Assembly (NCBI RefSeq): GCF_902728285.1
Contig: NW_027103826.1
Location: 180,759-244,758, forward strand
Reading direction: 5' to 3'
Origin: Clytia hemisphaerica
Lineage: Eukaryota
DNA: 64,000 nt
The notes below the pieces were generated by a model. It searched no databases, was not told the DNA's origin, and was given only the letters and a program-made list of their open reading frames with translations. The translations under genes and the position numbers were made by a program. Shown here piece by piece: positions 1 through 12,476 of this stretch (position 1 is the stretch's first letter; each line of letters starts with the position of its first letter).

Positions 1-3000
1 ACAAATCGAACGAGCCAGAGATTTCACTGCAGAAATCGTTGTCGCGAATGTTAAGGAATCACCCTTTCTGTAGACGGAAGACCTTATACATACCCATCAA
101 TTCTTTTTTGAGAACAGATTGAATGAGTCCGACGACAATCTGTTCAATCTGTATCATTATCTATGGACGAAAACAATAAGTCTCGCGATCAATATAGAGT
201 TGGTGGGCCGGTTTGCGGACGAAGTTGGTTTGCGGACGAGGTTAGTTGGCGGACGCGCGCGCTTTGAACCCAGAGGAAAATAAAAAAACAAATAATGTAA
301 TAGAATCATTCAAAAAGAATCTTTTTCCAAAAAAAATCAGCTCGGACATAATAGGAATTTTAACATCAAAATAACCAACAGAAAAGGAAAAAAAGAATCC
401 ATCCAAACCATAAACCATCTCTACTCACCTCAGGAGCTCCGTCTAATTCACCGACGATATTTTCGATGGTTTCCAAGATTCCCATAGCAGTGACAGATTT
501 ACTGTCATAATCTTCGTCGCTCTCAACTAAGTTGTTGAAGGTCTCCGTCTAAGGGGCAATCAATAGTTAAATTCACAACCAGTCATTACTGCGCAAGTAC
601 CTAAGGTCTATTCACTTAGAGATATTCTCCCATGTTGAACTAGTTGAATTCAACTTCAATTCATCAATCCAGAGGTCATAAATGCAGAGGGGATTTATTA
701 TCAGCTTTATTTATTACGAGTCTTTGTAAATTGATAATAATGAGTACAATATTACAGACTGTATTATCCCCACATGCTTCTTTTAACAACATGAATGTAT
801 CTAGAGTAAAAAGCTTACCAGTGTGTGGACAAGTTCAAGAGAGATTTGAGTGACTTCTTCAGGGAAATTTTGAACTAATTTAGAGATTGTGTTTGTCAGT
901 TCGTCATTTTCACTTTCTTTGAGAATGTGTAAAATTTGTTGGACCAATCCCTTGACATGGGGACGAACGAGACTTTCAGCTGAAAAAATTACCGATAGGG
1001 TTACAGTAAAATTGGATTTCAGCCACACGTTACATTTAATTATACAGTATATCAGTAAAAAAATCCGGGAGGTCTGAACATTTAAAATGTTAAAACGACA
1101 AAAATCTAAAGAATATTTAAAATATTGCCAAAAATTCAGGGTGTCTCTGGGTTTCATACTTTCCAAAATAGCCTCCTCAAAACACGGGAGACCTAGAATA
1201 ATTTTTTCTAGGAGAAAGAGATGTTTTTTTCCTATTTCATTTTGTTCGTAGTTTTAGTAAGTCGATAGTTTCGTACCTGCTTCTTCCTGTTCTGACATGA
1301 GTTGTCTCAATGCGATACCAGCTTCCACTTGCACTGGCAAATCTTTATCTGTCAGTCCTTGTAAGACAGAGTTGAAGAGTAAAGCTAGTGTGTTGTCGTC
1401 TTTGAAACTGATGATGGCAAATTGTTGAACCACCCAACAAGCCTGAATAAGGAATTGCAAAGAAAATTATATTGCAGCAAAATATGATGAGATATATGTG
1501 TAACATAGTTTCATAAAAAAAAACCACAACATATTGTACCTAATCATAAAGGAACAAAAAGTGCATTTTAAAACCTTTAATCCATGTGTGGAAATTTATT
1601 TCCATTTCTGTAATCTTCAAGACGTATCATGTCCTTTGATCGTCTTATCTTTTGAGACTTGGTAAATCAACTTACCCTTGCTCTTAAGAATCCTAATGGG
1701 CTGTGGAATTCTGGTGCCACGTGTTGCGCCAAAAGTTGCTCAATGTGGCCTTTGTAAGCTTTTTTCTAAAAGAGAAGATTTGCAGTCTACAGCGGCTTTT
1801 ACAGTGAAGATAAGATTATGCTAGTCTCTCAAAAAGCTTCGAGTTTCGAGATCACATGGTATTGCAGGAACTAAGAATTTAACATTTTGTATAATCAAAA
1901 AGAAGATAATGAAATATGTTGTACAAGTGTAAATTGACATTGTGTAAATTTAAGAACCAGGTCTAGAAATAGCCGGAAAACAGACATGAATTTTCCTGAA
2001 CAATGAAAATGACATTACAGTGACAAATATATTGACCACTCTATGACGAGAAATGTGATCACATGATAGAAACAGGCAAATTAATCTCAACCTCAATTTC
2101 AAAACAATTCGTCTTCCAGAACTGACATTGATTGTACCTTTGATAGAAGTTCAGCTAATGACCCGAGCACGTGAAGAGCTCCATCTTTATGTTTTGGGTT
2201 CCTCTGGCTGGCATCCAGATTCAGAATCTCGTTAATGTAAGCAATGATATCTGTCAATACATTTTTACGCTTTTGAGCTGCTTCTTTCAAGTAAGATTTT
2301 GCTGTGGCACTTGGTGAGAAGAACATGTATTCTTCAAAAATATCTGGAAAGAGATACAGTAAAAATCTGATTTTTAAAATGGTAAAATGGTGATAATTTC
2401 GATCAAGTGTTTTTCTATTTTCTAACTCTTGAGGTCTCAAATTTTAATGATATCTTCCAAACAGGAGATTTGTGATAAATCTTACCATATTTGATACGAA
2501 TATATTCTTGAGGATCATCTAACCATAATGCTTCGTCTTCTTCTGAGTGACACATCAGCGGGAACAAAATGTCTTTAAAGATCTCCTGTCAGAAGAAGAA
2601 AGTCAAAAATAGTATTATTAGAAGAAGGAAGCTTTTAATTTTACAAGAAGTATTTTATCATACAAGATGCAGGCATCGCATGCAATGCATTGTTGTCATA
2701 TGATATACTTTCAGAAGCCCTATTCCCTGCTAAGTTATACTTTTGGACCACAGTTCAGCCAACTAATCTTTCATTTTTTCATCTACAAGTCCACAGAGTA
2801 TAAATTAGAGGTCACTTCCAATCAGAAATAATCAACATTTCGAATATTTGCACGTTCACATTTTTTTGGGAATACATACTAGGATGTGTAAAGTCCTTGA
2901 ACGAATTACTCAAATTATTTGAAAGCAATGCCCACAACTATTTCATAACTATATTTTGTAACTATTTAAAATTTAAACAACTATTTCATAGTTGTAGAAT

Positions 3001-6000
3001 AGTTAACAGCCATAAAAGGCATTCATATAACCAACTAAGATTTATTTATCATCAGTCTTTAAAGAAATTACCTGGAAATGAGGCTTAACCAGTTTCCAAG
3101 ATCTGGCATTGTATACACTGAAAATAAAAGAGTTTGTAAAATTTAAAAATTTCATTGCACTACATGACCAAAGTAATTGTGTTTAGAAACGCAGAAATTA
3201 TTCTTGAAATAGATACTAGTCTTAATTACAATTAAATGACAGTTCATTAAAAGTAGGAGTCCATTTGAAATTGAATTAACACCTGTTTGGCAAAAGCAAA
3301 TCCAGTAGGGTAATAGTCCAAAAAAAGTCAAATAAAGTAATAAACTTCTTTTTGTCAGTGGACATCAAGCAAAGATGAAACATTGAGCTCTTTACACCCT
3401 TTTCTTAAGACAGGATTTTGTATTTGTTGGGTTTTGAAATTAAAGATTGTCCGTCTATTTTTTAGTATTTAAAAAACTTTACATACCCTTGATTCAAGTA
3501 GCTTAGACATTGTTGTAATACCCTTGGTGCAATATAAGTTTGTTTCCTGTGAGCATCTAAAATCTTCAACATCAAGCCAGTGACTTGTTCTAAATTTCAA
3601 AAAATTTATATAATCTTTTTTAAACATTCTTTTTAAACGAATTTTATCTTCCGTTGGCAGCTTAAAGCAGGTTCAGTTTCTTTAAACTAAACTTAGAATT
3701 AGTGGGGTCGTTTAGCATAATTTACAGGAAAACAATAAGATCTAGCTGAAACTTTCTCCAGACCTTCTCTATAGGATGGTTATGCCTCAGGAAAAATTCC
3801 CCTAAAATCCCTCTGGTGGAACATCCCTTTTTTGGGACATTTCTTTTTTCCCCAGGCAAAACCCTAAGGACGAAATTTCAAACTCATTTTCAGACATTAT
3901 CAAGTATACCATTCGAAAGCTCTTGAAAAACTATATAGAAGACTTTTGAACGGGTATAGCCGATTTCATTACCTAACTCAAGATAATTCACGCAGAAGAT
4001 GCTATTTATGGTCAATTTTGACCAAAGTGTGGCGAAAAGTGGAACTTGCGCATGAAATATCTCGAGTTAGGTAAGGAAATCAGCTATAACCGTTTAAAAG
4101 TCTTCTATATAGTTTTTCGAGAGCTTTCGAATGGTATACATGATATTGTCATGAAATAAGTTTGAAATTTTCAAAAAATTTCGCCCTTAGGATTTTGCCT
4201 GATGTCCCAAAAAAGGGATATTCCACCAGCGGGATTTTAGGGGAATTTTTCCTGAGGTATAAGTATCCTATAGAGAAGGTCTGGAGAAAGTTTCAGCTAG
4301 ATCTTATTTTTTTCCTACAAACAGCCTGTATTTTTGTAACACGACCACACTAAATAATGTTTTGTACAAACCTGAGTAGTTTTTGTCGTAAAAGTCTGCA
4401 AATTTACTAAACTCTTTTTCCTCTGAACCTGGACAACCATATCTAAAACGAAAATGATCAAAACATTTGAGGAATCCTTCTTTTTCTGAATTTTTTAAAT
4501 GCTTGTTTTCTTTTTGTACCTGAACAGTTTCGAGTTTTCCTAATTTCGAAAATAAGAAAAATTTCTCAGGATGATGACAATTGAAATAATAACCTCTCAA
4601 AAACCTTGTGCAAGACAGTGATAGCCCATTTCTTAGCTTTCCACCAGGAAAGTTGTGAACGATCATCCTCGTCATATTGAAGGCTTGCCTGAAATAAAAT
4701 CAATTATTACTTCCAAAAATAAATAATGATAAGTATATGTAATCACATGATAACGAGTGCAATTCGAATATAATTGCACGAGTGATTTTTTTGTTATTAA
4801 TTTTCCGAGTCCGAAAGGACGAGGAAAATTCTAAACAAAAAAATCACGAGTGCAATTTTCGAATTATACGAGTTATTATGTGATTACGAGCTAATCGCAC
4901 ATTGGCTTTCACTACTTTTTCCCAGTTAGGAAAAAAATTACAGAAATTACACTGAGAGTTTTATACTTTTCTCTTCTCTTTACGTCTTTCTTTTATTGTT
5001 GTTTATTGTCTTTATTGATTGATTTTCTTTCTCACAAAATAAATTTCGAATGCAATTAAAACGTTCGATGCAAAAAGAATGTAAGAAAAAACATTAAAAT
5101 AAATTTTGTAAACATTGGCGCGGTATTAGAGAGTGTGATTAACGATTAATTGCTCTCTACAGGATGCAATTAACGATTAATTGCTCTCTTTGAGGGCGTG
5201 CCAAATAAGAAAAAATAACCCATCGTGCGATTATGAGTGTTAACAAAAACAACAAAATGTTTAATACTTTGTGTTTCAAAATTGAGCTTCATTGTAACTT
5301 TAACGCCCCCCCCAGCGGCTTGCATGAATGCGTGAATGAACTTTTTCACTTGTGTGAATGTGTGAGTTGGAAAAACTTTATGTGAACAAAATTTGCGCGA
5401 TTCCGTGAATTGAAGTTCAAATGGGGGATTTTCCAAATGGGAGATTTTCCACCATAAAACAAAATATTTTGGAAAAAACTAAGCTTACCTCTGGAACTGG
5501 CTTTTCCAAAACAGTTTTGAAAAGTCCCATCCATTGTGGGAAGTTATTTTGGTTGATAATGTTCAATGGTAAATGAAGCTGAAAGAAACCATTTAAAAAG
5601 GTTTCAGTAATTATGCTTGTTGTGTTTGACAAGCGAAATAATCAAGATTATTATATACCATACAGATTTAAAATAGAGGGTAGAAAATACAAAACAGAAA
5701 AGGCATTATTTGAACTTACTTGAATTAAAGCTCTAAATATTTTGAAAACTTTTGTGATAAGGAGGTACGATTCAAGCGAGTCATCTTTCACCCACGAAGC
5801 ACAACGGCTATGGAGGATTGGTAAAAACACATTCATGATTTCTTCAATGGTTCCCCTGTCTTCTTTTGTCTTGAATCTAAAAGATAAAAAAATTCCATTC
5901 AAATGACATTCACATTTTAACCTTTACCACACCGAGGCCGTAACTTTACGTTTTAAGCGATAGGTTAGGCCGTAAATATACGTTTTTCGTGTGGTCTTAA

Positions 6001-8315
6001 GAAAAGCCGCCCTACCGCCTTAAGACGCCTTTAAACCCCAGGAAATGTCTTATGACGGAGAAAAAATGTAACCAAACTATTTTCAATAGTTTGAAACCAC
6101 CCACTTTCGATTTTAATTGTCAAAACAAACTTGGAAATCAGGCAAAATATTCTTTTGGAAATTAAGAGCACATGGACTGCTGTAACTAACTTTTTATGTT
6201 TATTTAGTGAAAAATGGTTTGTTCTATTGGTTGGAAATGTTATGTATTGCTTGTTTGCAGTTTAGTCAGTGTTTGAGGTAAGTTTCTGCCTTCTTATTCT
6301 TTAGTATAACGGTATATCAAGGGTGAGGACTGGAGGCTTATCTGCCGTCGTCAGCCGTCATCGACCATCACCGAAACCCAACTTAAGGCTTATGATAAGG
6401 CTGCAAAGAGTTTTAAAGTGTATATACTATGTTATTTCTATTGCTTTCGTGCTAGTTTATGATAGGAAAGTCATTTTTAGCTGTTTTTAGTGATATTTCC
6501 CACAAAAATTACCTGTTTTTTTGGCTAGCAGTTGTAGTTATATGGGTGGAAACAATAAGCCAGAAAGGGGTGGAAGAATTTATCGCTATACATAAAAAAC
6601 ATTCAGTAAGTAATATCAGTAAAATTAGCCAGGTCAAATTTTTGACACCTCAAAAACTAAAAACTTATTTAAAGACTTTCAAAAATGCCTTAAAAACTTA
6701 CTCATATTTTTTGACCAGTTGGTATAAAACAAGCAATGCACCCAACCATGTTTCCTTGACATCAGAAGTGAGGTAGCCATTGATTCGGTTAACAAGATCT
6801 GGCCATTTTTCAGGAAAATCACAAGAGATCATATCATGAATAGCAACAGTGAGCTGAACTCTATAAAACAGAGAAATAAAATCATTAACATGGCCTGGCC
6901 ATAAAATTGTTTGAAAATTGGGTAAAAACACATCATGTAGAAAATTGATTTCAATTGAATGTTATTATTATTATCTTAAATTATTATAACTACCTCACAA
7001 GTTCAGTGGCAGTTAAAACAGCCTCCACAATTTTATCTCTAACAAATGATTTATCTTCAACTGGTATTTGGTATTTCTTCTCAATACCAGCAATTTCTGG
7101 ATCATACTCTCCAGTATTTGCATACCATGTTTTTGAAATAGATGACGGCTAGAAAAATCAAATTAGCATTAGTTTATTTGAACCATTTGCCTTAACAAGT
7201 GCCTCAAGTGCCTTAATACAAATTCTTATAAAATTGAAAAATTTAAGTGATGTCATATAGTGAGTACTTTGCCGAAACAAGTTTCTTCATTGTATAAATT
7301 CAAAATCTCCACAAAAAAACTATAATTTACACCTGCCTTGTCAAAAAACATTTTTATTAAGATCATTGAAAAGATTTCCTTTAATAGTCATACTCAAATG
7401 TGACTTCCCAAGCGTTTAAAGGTACCTGAAGGTCGGATTGGTTCTGGTACGGTAATACCAGCAGTCTAGTAGCAGTCAAATTTTTGTTTTAGATTGGCCT
7501 TCAGACCATTTCAAACATTTGATTCAAATAGTTCTGGTTGTACGTAGATGCTAATGGCTGCTCGTAGACGCTCATGGCCACCCATAGATGCTCCTGGCTG
7601 TTTTTTATACCTGGTTCTGATCGCTAGTTAGTGTTGCTTAGTAGCAATAACATCAAAAAATTGTTTTAAAGGTTTTAAAGGTGTTTTAAACGCTCAATCA
7701 AAGCTGGTCTGGGACTGGATGCTTAGTAGTGACTACTAAACTAACTGGACTCTAGGCAGCAGCCTTTTTGTAAATTTTAAACAACCATTTAACAACCCTT
7801 GGTCAGATTTTCAAGTACTTTGAATAGCTTGGGGAGAATATATGATGTTATCGTCCACCTCTAGGCAAAACGCAATGTCGAATATTTTTAGATATCCCAT
7901 AGCAAAATATCTCTTCTGTAGCAGCGAGGCAAGCATAGAGAAAATAGTTTTTGATCAAATAATTTAAAAACGTTCGAAAATGTCATAAAAAGAGAGCGCA
8001 GGAGAAAGACTGAATGAAATACCGCTTTTCTGCTAATTGGTAAACGATAAACCATATATTCAACATGAAAAATCGGATATCAAAATTATTCAGTCTCCCT
8101 TTAATAATACTCAACGAAGCGCAAGCTCGACTGAATAATTTTCGATATCCGAATTTTCTTGTCGAATATCTGCTTAATATTACTTATAACTTAAAAATTG
8201 GTATTTGAGTGGATGAAATATACTAAAACTTACCTGCTTGTCTTACAGCGACTGGAATTTGCTCGGAAACAATCAATTGTAGGGCAACAGGCAGAAATCC
8301 TGGTGTGGTTGAAAT
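1..8315 (-). CDS. IPO7-like: Importin-7/8 (RanBP7-like) gene, multi-exon. The 3' part continues beyond position 1. The first coding exon (MDPN...) was not located upstream of 8315.
   Basis: Successive minus-strand exons translate to peptides colinear with human IPO7: [28 protein letters not shown]; VIYFKNM..YW; [24 protein letters not shown]; FLPILHSRC...; [19 protein letters not shown]; [21 protein letters not shown]; [31 protein letters not shown]; [15 protein letters not shown]. Most junctions have GT/AG splice motifs. Confidence 0.8.
94..160 (-). CDS. IPO7-like: Importin exon encoding [24 protein letters not shown] further partial exon at 1..26 (…VKSLARSIC) follows past a ctgcag acceptor.
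   Basis: Acceptor is ttgttttcgtccatag, donor is GTATGT. Matches IPO7 [37 protein letters not shown]. Confidence 0.65.
429..548 (-). CDS. IPO7-like: Importin exon encoding [40 protein letters not shown].
   Basis: Acceptor is ttgccccttag, donor is GTGAG. Matches IPO7 [38 protein letters not shown]. Confidence 0.75.
819..979 (-). CDS. IPO7-like: Importin exon encoding [54 protein letters not shown].
   Basis: Acceptor is taattttttcag, donor is GTAAGC. Matches IPO7 [47 protein letters not shown]. Confidence 0.75.
1277..1442 (-). CDS. IPO7-like: Importin exon encoding [55 protein letters not shown].
   Basis: Acceptor is tccttattcag, donor is GTACGA. Matches IPO7 [56 protein letters not shown]. 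Confidence 0.75.
1676..1765 (-). CDS. IPO7-like: Importin exon encoding [30 protein letters not shown].
   Basis: Acceptor is tctcttttag, donor is GTAAGT. Matches IPO7 [30 protein letters not shown]. Phase 0 is consistent with the flanking exons. Confidence 0.7.
2138..2343 (-). CDS. IPO7-like: Importin exon encoding [69 protein letters not shown].
   Basis: Acceptor is tctctttccag. Matches IPO7 FDVFEDFISPTTAAQ...[22 protein letters not shown]. The donor is weak (GTACAA). Confidence 0.7.
4372..4485 (-). CDS. IPO7-like: Importin exon encoding [37 protein letters not shown].
   Basis: Acceptor is aaaaaattcag, donor is GTTTGT. Matches IPO7 ...[25 protein letters not shown]. Confidence 0.6.
5489..5578 (-). 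CDS. IPO7-like: Importin exon encoding [30 protein letters not shown].
   Basis: Acceptor is ggtttctttcag, donor is GTAAGC. Matches IPO7 [31 protein letters not shown]. Confidence 0.7.
5721..5876 (-). CDS. IPO7-like: Importin exon encoding [52 protein letters not shown].
   Basis: Acceptor is tatcttttag, donor is GTAAGT. Matches IPO7 HFLPVLKDRC...IFKIVYALVQ. Confidence 0.7.
6701..6860 (-). CDS. IPO7-like: Importin exon encoding (R)[53 protein letters not shown].
   Basis: Acceptor is tgttttatag, donor is GTAAGT. Matches IPO7 [34 protein letters not shown]...CLYQLVKNYE. Confidence 0.75.
6994..7150 (-). CDS. IPO7-like: Importin exon encoding [13 protein letters not shown] then, after a +1 frame change, [38 protein letters not shown].
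   Basis: Acceptor is tttttctag at 7151-7159 (minus). Both halves match IPO7 (VIYLKNMITQYWPDRE...IPEEDRHCIRENIVEAI). An apparent 1-nt frame inconsistency lies near 7100-7106. Confidence 0.6.
8232..8315 (-). CDS. IPO7-like: Importin exon encoding [28 protein letters not shown]. Acceptor is ttttctattcag, donor is GTAAGT.
   Basis: Matches IPO7 residues about 30-58 (…LDLPVRQAG). Confidence 0.7.
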
Positions 8316-8559
8316 CTGAATAGAAAAACAAAATATAATTTACCACTTAGTTTTTATAAAAAATTAATTAAGTTAAATGAATTAAAATTAATTAAAATGA
8401 GTTAAATTTAATGCAGATTTCAAAGAACATTTATCTCATAGGGTAAAAATAAAGTGAAAAAGAGTTATTTATAATGCAGAAAGTGTGCATTATAATGTCA
8501 TAAGTAATCTTTGGTTACAGAATCATTTATTTGAATTAGGTCATGTTATATGTTCATGT

Positions 8560-9860
8560 TAAATATGTTCATGTTCCGGCGATTTTTAGAAAGTTCCAGG
8601 CACGAAAATCAGTTTTATTGACAATTGAATCATGCTTGATGGTGAACATTGCTATCAATAATGTTTTTGTTTAAAAAAAAACAAAGAAATATAAGGAAAA
8701 AGTTTGATGAAAATCTGAAAAAACAGCAATTTCCGGCATATTGGACCGGAAAAATCTTTTCTTGAAAATCCAACTCAGCCACATTTTGAGCATTGCTTTT
8801 ACACATCTTTGTGCAAACAAGCAACATGCTGAATGGACCTACCTGATGATGAAAGCTAGATAGCAATAAGGAGAAAGATGAAAACAATCAGTCAGAGGAT
8901 ATAGCGTTTTGCGTAAATGCACAACACATTAAATTTTATCAATGATTGTTGATTGGGGGAAGAGGGAAGGGGAGTAGGGAAAATAGAAATAGAAAGTTCC
9001 AATTGCAAAATTGCAAAAGTTTTATTGACAATATTGAATCATGCTTAAGGGTGGGCATTGTTATCAATAATGTTTTTTTTGAGAAAAAAACAAGGAAATA
9101 AGGAAAAAGTCAAATGAAAATCTACAAAAACAGCGATTACTGGGATATTTCCGGCATTTTCATCCAAAAAAGAATTTTTCTCAAAAAAACAAACTCGGTC
9201 ATGTTTTGAGTATTGCAAATACGCATCTTTCTACAAAAAATTTGAGAAAATTTGAGAAAATGTCAAAATAAGGGTTTTTCCAGCATATTTCCGGCTCGAA
9301 AATCAAGCTACGTCACATTTTAGTTATTGTTATTTTGCATCAGTGTTCAAAATTTCATAACAAAATATAAAGTACAGCTTGAGAAATTCAAGAAATACTG
9401 TCTTTCCGGCGAAAATAAGTTGTTCCAGCGATTTTTGAATAGTTCTGGCTTCAAAAAACTATTTTTTTGAAAATTGAAACATGTTTGATGGTGGGCATTG
9501 CTATTAATAATGTTTTTGAATGAAAAAACAACCAATTATAAGAAAAAAACCCAATGAAAATCCAGAAAAACGGCGAATTCCGGCATATTTCCGGCATTTT
9601 CGGTCGGAAAGAATTTTTTCTCAAAAATCGAACTCGGCAATGTTTTGGGCAATGTTAATACGCATCTTTGAGCAAAAAATCAGAAAAAACTTATGATAGA
9701 ATCTCGAGAAAATGCCAAAAAAACAGTTTTTCCGGAAAAATTTTTTTTTCGAAAATCGGGCTCCGTCACATTTTGGGCATTGCCATTTTGCATCTTTGTG
9801 CAAAAAATCAGAAAAAACTAATGAGCCAATCTCGAGAAAATCTGGTAACAGCAACAAAAG
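8560..9860. repeat. Tandem satellite with period about 420 bp. At least 3 full units start near 8620, 9040 and 9460, plus a partial unit at 9700-9850.
   Basis: Repeated unit '...ttgacaattgaatcatgcttgatggtgaacattgctatcaataatgttttt...aatgaaaatc..aaaaacagc.a.ttccggcat...aactcgg.catgttttgagcattgc..tacgcatcttt..gcaaa' recurs with about 80-85% identity. Confidence 0.8.
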
Positions 9861-11506
9861 GACGAACAAACATAGATTAATTTAAAGGACCTCCGAGGTA
9901 GGTCCAGGTAGGTCCAAAAAGGAAAAAAATGTTATGAGTAAAGAATAAGTTTTCTGAAAGGAGAAACCCCAAATAAAAAGAAAATCCATATTGGCAGAAA
10001 TAAAAATTTTTTTAAGGGACATTCCCATGCTAGAGAAGCAAAAAAAGTGAAAAAAACTACATGAAAATAAAAAACTAGAATTAGAATTAGCGAATGTGAT
10101 TTTCTGAAAGATTGCCACTGGTGGGATTCTAACTCATTAATTAAATGCAAAGTTCCGCTGATCAGAAACCCAACACCCTACAGGCCATTTCCTAGAAAGA
10201 CAAGGAATCGTCAGCTTGGAACCAAAAAGGGCACCTTTTCTGGTGATTTTCTAACAAAAAGGCAATTTTTGCTACTAATTTCAACATATTTGTAACTTTT
10301 TGTTGGGGCAGCGTCCCATAATCGGACCCTTAAAAGGCATAAAAATTGGCCTGCCCTAACCACTGTGCCACTCATGCCAGATGATCGTTTCTAACGTTAT
10401 TTATATCGTACAAACTACAGACTATACTATATTAAGAGTGCTTGCTTCAAGCTCCAACCCTAACTCTAACTGATGATAACCTGTTTTCTAGGGCTTTATA
10501 TCAATAAAGCTTCGGGTCATCCTAAAATAGCTTTCTGACATTTTTGCGACTGGGTTGGCTCGGGATTTATGTTGTGAAAGTGAGTCGGTCGGGTGACCTG
10601 AACAGAACATATTATTGATGGTCCCCAGCCAATCTGATATATAACCACACCCAAACCACAACTATACCAGGTCACCTGTAGGTCCTGACACTAACCTGCA
10701 TGCCTGATCCGAAAAATATGTGTCGTTTGCTTTTTCGAAGAAGCCATTACACACCTTTCTGATAACAAAGTTTCAGCCTTCAACTATGTTTTCCTCCATT
10801 TCTAGAAACATCTGTTCATAAACAATTACAACTTATTTCTGTCTTGGGGTAGACAAATTTTGAAATGTTGCAAAAATTTGGCAATTAATCAATTTGCCTT
10901 CTAGTACATCATGTTCCCAACAGCTTAATTTGATAGATAATAACCTCTTCTAGATAAATTGAAAGTTTTAAGTTGTATTTCAAGCGGGAGATTGAGATAT
11001 GGTTTCTAGAATAACACTGGCCTGATAAAACCCTTTCTACATAATGTGGAAACAAAATTTCAAAATATGTCTGGAGTTTTAAGACTTATGATTATTAAAT
11101 TTGAAACTCATTAGCAAAATGTCAAACCAAGTTTATCCTCCCTTATCCTCAAAAAAAAATAAGGGGTCACTTATCTTTCAACCTTTAGTAGTTTTTCAGA
11201 TATTTCATTTTGAAGTTCCATTTTTTGAAGATTTCTGTACAAAAACCTCCAGCCATCTTGTAACATCTCCACGGCACTGAAATCGAAAGTGTTTCAAAAA
11301 AAAAATCCACACAGAAGTTTGGGGCATTCCATTCCATTCCATTAACACTTTCCACCCGAAACTATTTGATTAAAGATTTTTTTGAATTTGGAAAGAAAAA
11401 ACATTTATCTTGTTAAGATATTAACGTTGGTTTAAAAAAATTGTAAATTTAAGCGAAAAAATTGTTTTCTAAGTGCAAATTTTAAAACTTAGAAAAATGT
11501 AGGTCC

Positions 11507-11657
11507 AGCGGGATTTCTGATGTTTTGAAAAATAGTCAGAAATCTAGTATCTTATCGGTTCCGGACGAATGTTCCGGCATGCGAATTATTGAGCATGCGC
11601 ATAAAAGGGGAGAAGTTATCACTCGTGTCATCTCGCATCAAACGTAAGGTCGCGTTC
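11507..11657 (+). repeat. DIRS-like element terminal direct repeat A1.
   Basis: Identical, apart from 1 mismatch, to 17026-17176 (agcgggatttctgatgttttgaaaaatagtcagaaatc...aaacgtaaggtcgcgttc). Confidence 0.85.
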
Positions 11658-11661
11658 CAAA

Positions 11662-12414
11662 ATGGCAGAATCTGAAAGTCAAGAAGCTTCAACTCAACAA
11701 CTAACTCAACAACTGCAGAACGCCATCAGTGATTTATCAACTTTGAAAAGGGATACACAAGATGCTCTCAACCAATTCAAAGACCATCAGAAAACCTCGA
11801 TTGAAAAATTCAATAAGAAATTGGAAAGAAAAAGAAAAATCGACCAAGTATTTTTTAATAAACCAGGAAACGAAGAGCAGTACAAACATGCCAAACAAGT
11901 ATTAGAATCAATGGAGAATGTTGAAGAAGCTATCACCGAAAATCGTCTAGAGGACGCCAAAAAAGCATTAGAGGAGGGTAAGGAGCTTGTTAATTATCGA
12001 ATGAAAATTGTTAAGATAGCGGATAGGGAAGGATGGGGCTGCGTGAAGCATTTTATTGCTGACAATTTGGTTTCGGGAACAGAAGAGGAAAAGCGTCTCA
12101 AGAAAGCTATAAAGGACTACTCTAAATCGAAATTAGAACACGCAAAAAATAGAGGGAACTCTGACAATAACAAAAAATTTCGACCTTATTCGTCATCAAC
12201 ATTTACACCATATCAAAACGATAGGAGCAATGAGAATTCTAATAGCTACAAAAGTTCATATGTTTATCAAGGAGATTCACTCAGAAAGAAAATGGAAACG
12301 ATTTATTGCTTTAATTGCAAGTCTGTTGGTCATTATTCTTTTCACTGTCCATTTCCATCCTCCAGAGACAATAATCTTAAGATTCCAAACCTCGAAAAAG
12401 GAGACGGTAATTAG
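11662..12414 (+). CDS. Gag-like protein of the DIRS-like element. It has an N-terminal coiled-coil region and a zinc-knuckle-like CFNCKSVGHYSFHC motif.
   Basis: 250-aa ORF directly downstream of repeat A1. It contains a C-x2-C-x4-H-x4-C motif and basic/acidic low-complexity stretches typical of retroelement gag. Confidence 0.7.
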   Translation: MAESESQEASTQQLTQQLQNAISDLSTLKRDTQDALNQFKDHQKTSIEKFNKKLERKRKIDQVFFNKPGNEEQYKHAKQVLESMENVEEAITENRLEDAKKALEEGKELVNYRMKIVKIADREGWGCVKHFIADNLVSGTEEEKRLKKAIKDYSKSKLEHAKNRGNSDNNKKFRPYSSSTFTPYQNDRSNENSNSYKSSYVYQGDSLRKKMETIYCFNCKSVGHYSFHCPFPSSRDNNLKIPNLEKGDGN

Positions 12415-12476
12415 ACGATCAAAACAGTCAATAACAAGTTGTGTTTTTTCTTATGACATTTTGAGCTTATATATAT

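Noticed and set aside
8560-9860. CRISPR-like regular repeat array.
   Set aside because: Units are about 420 bp with no short conserved repeat and variable spacer organisation. The context is eukaryotic, so it is a satellite.
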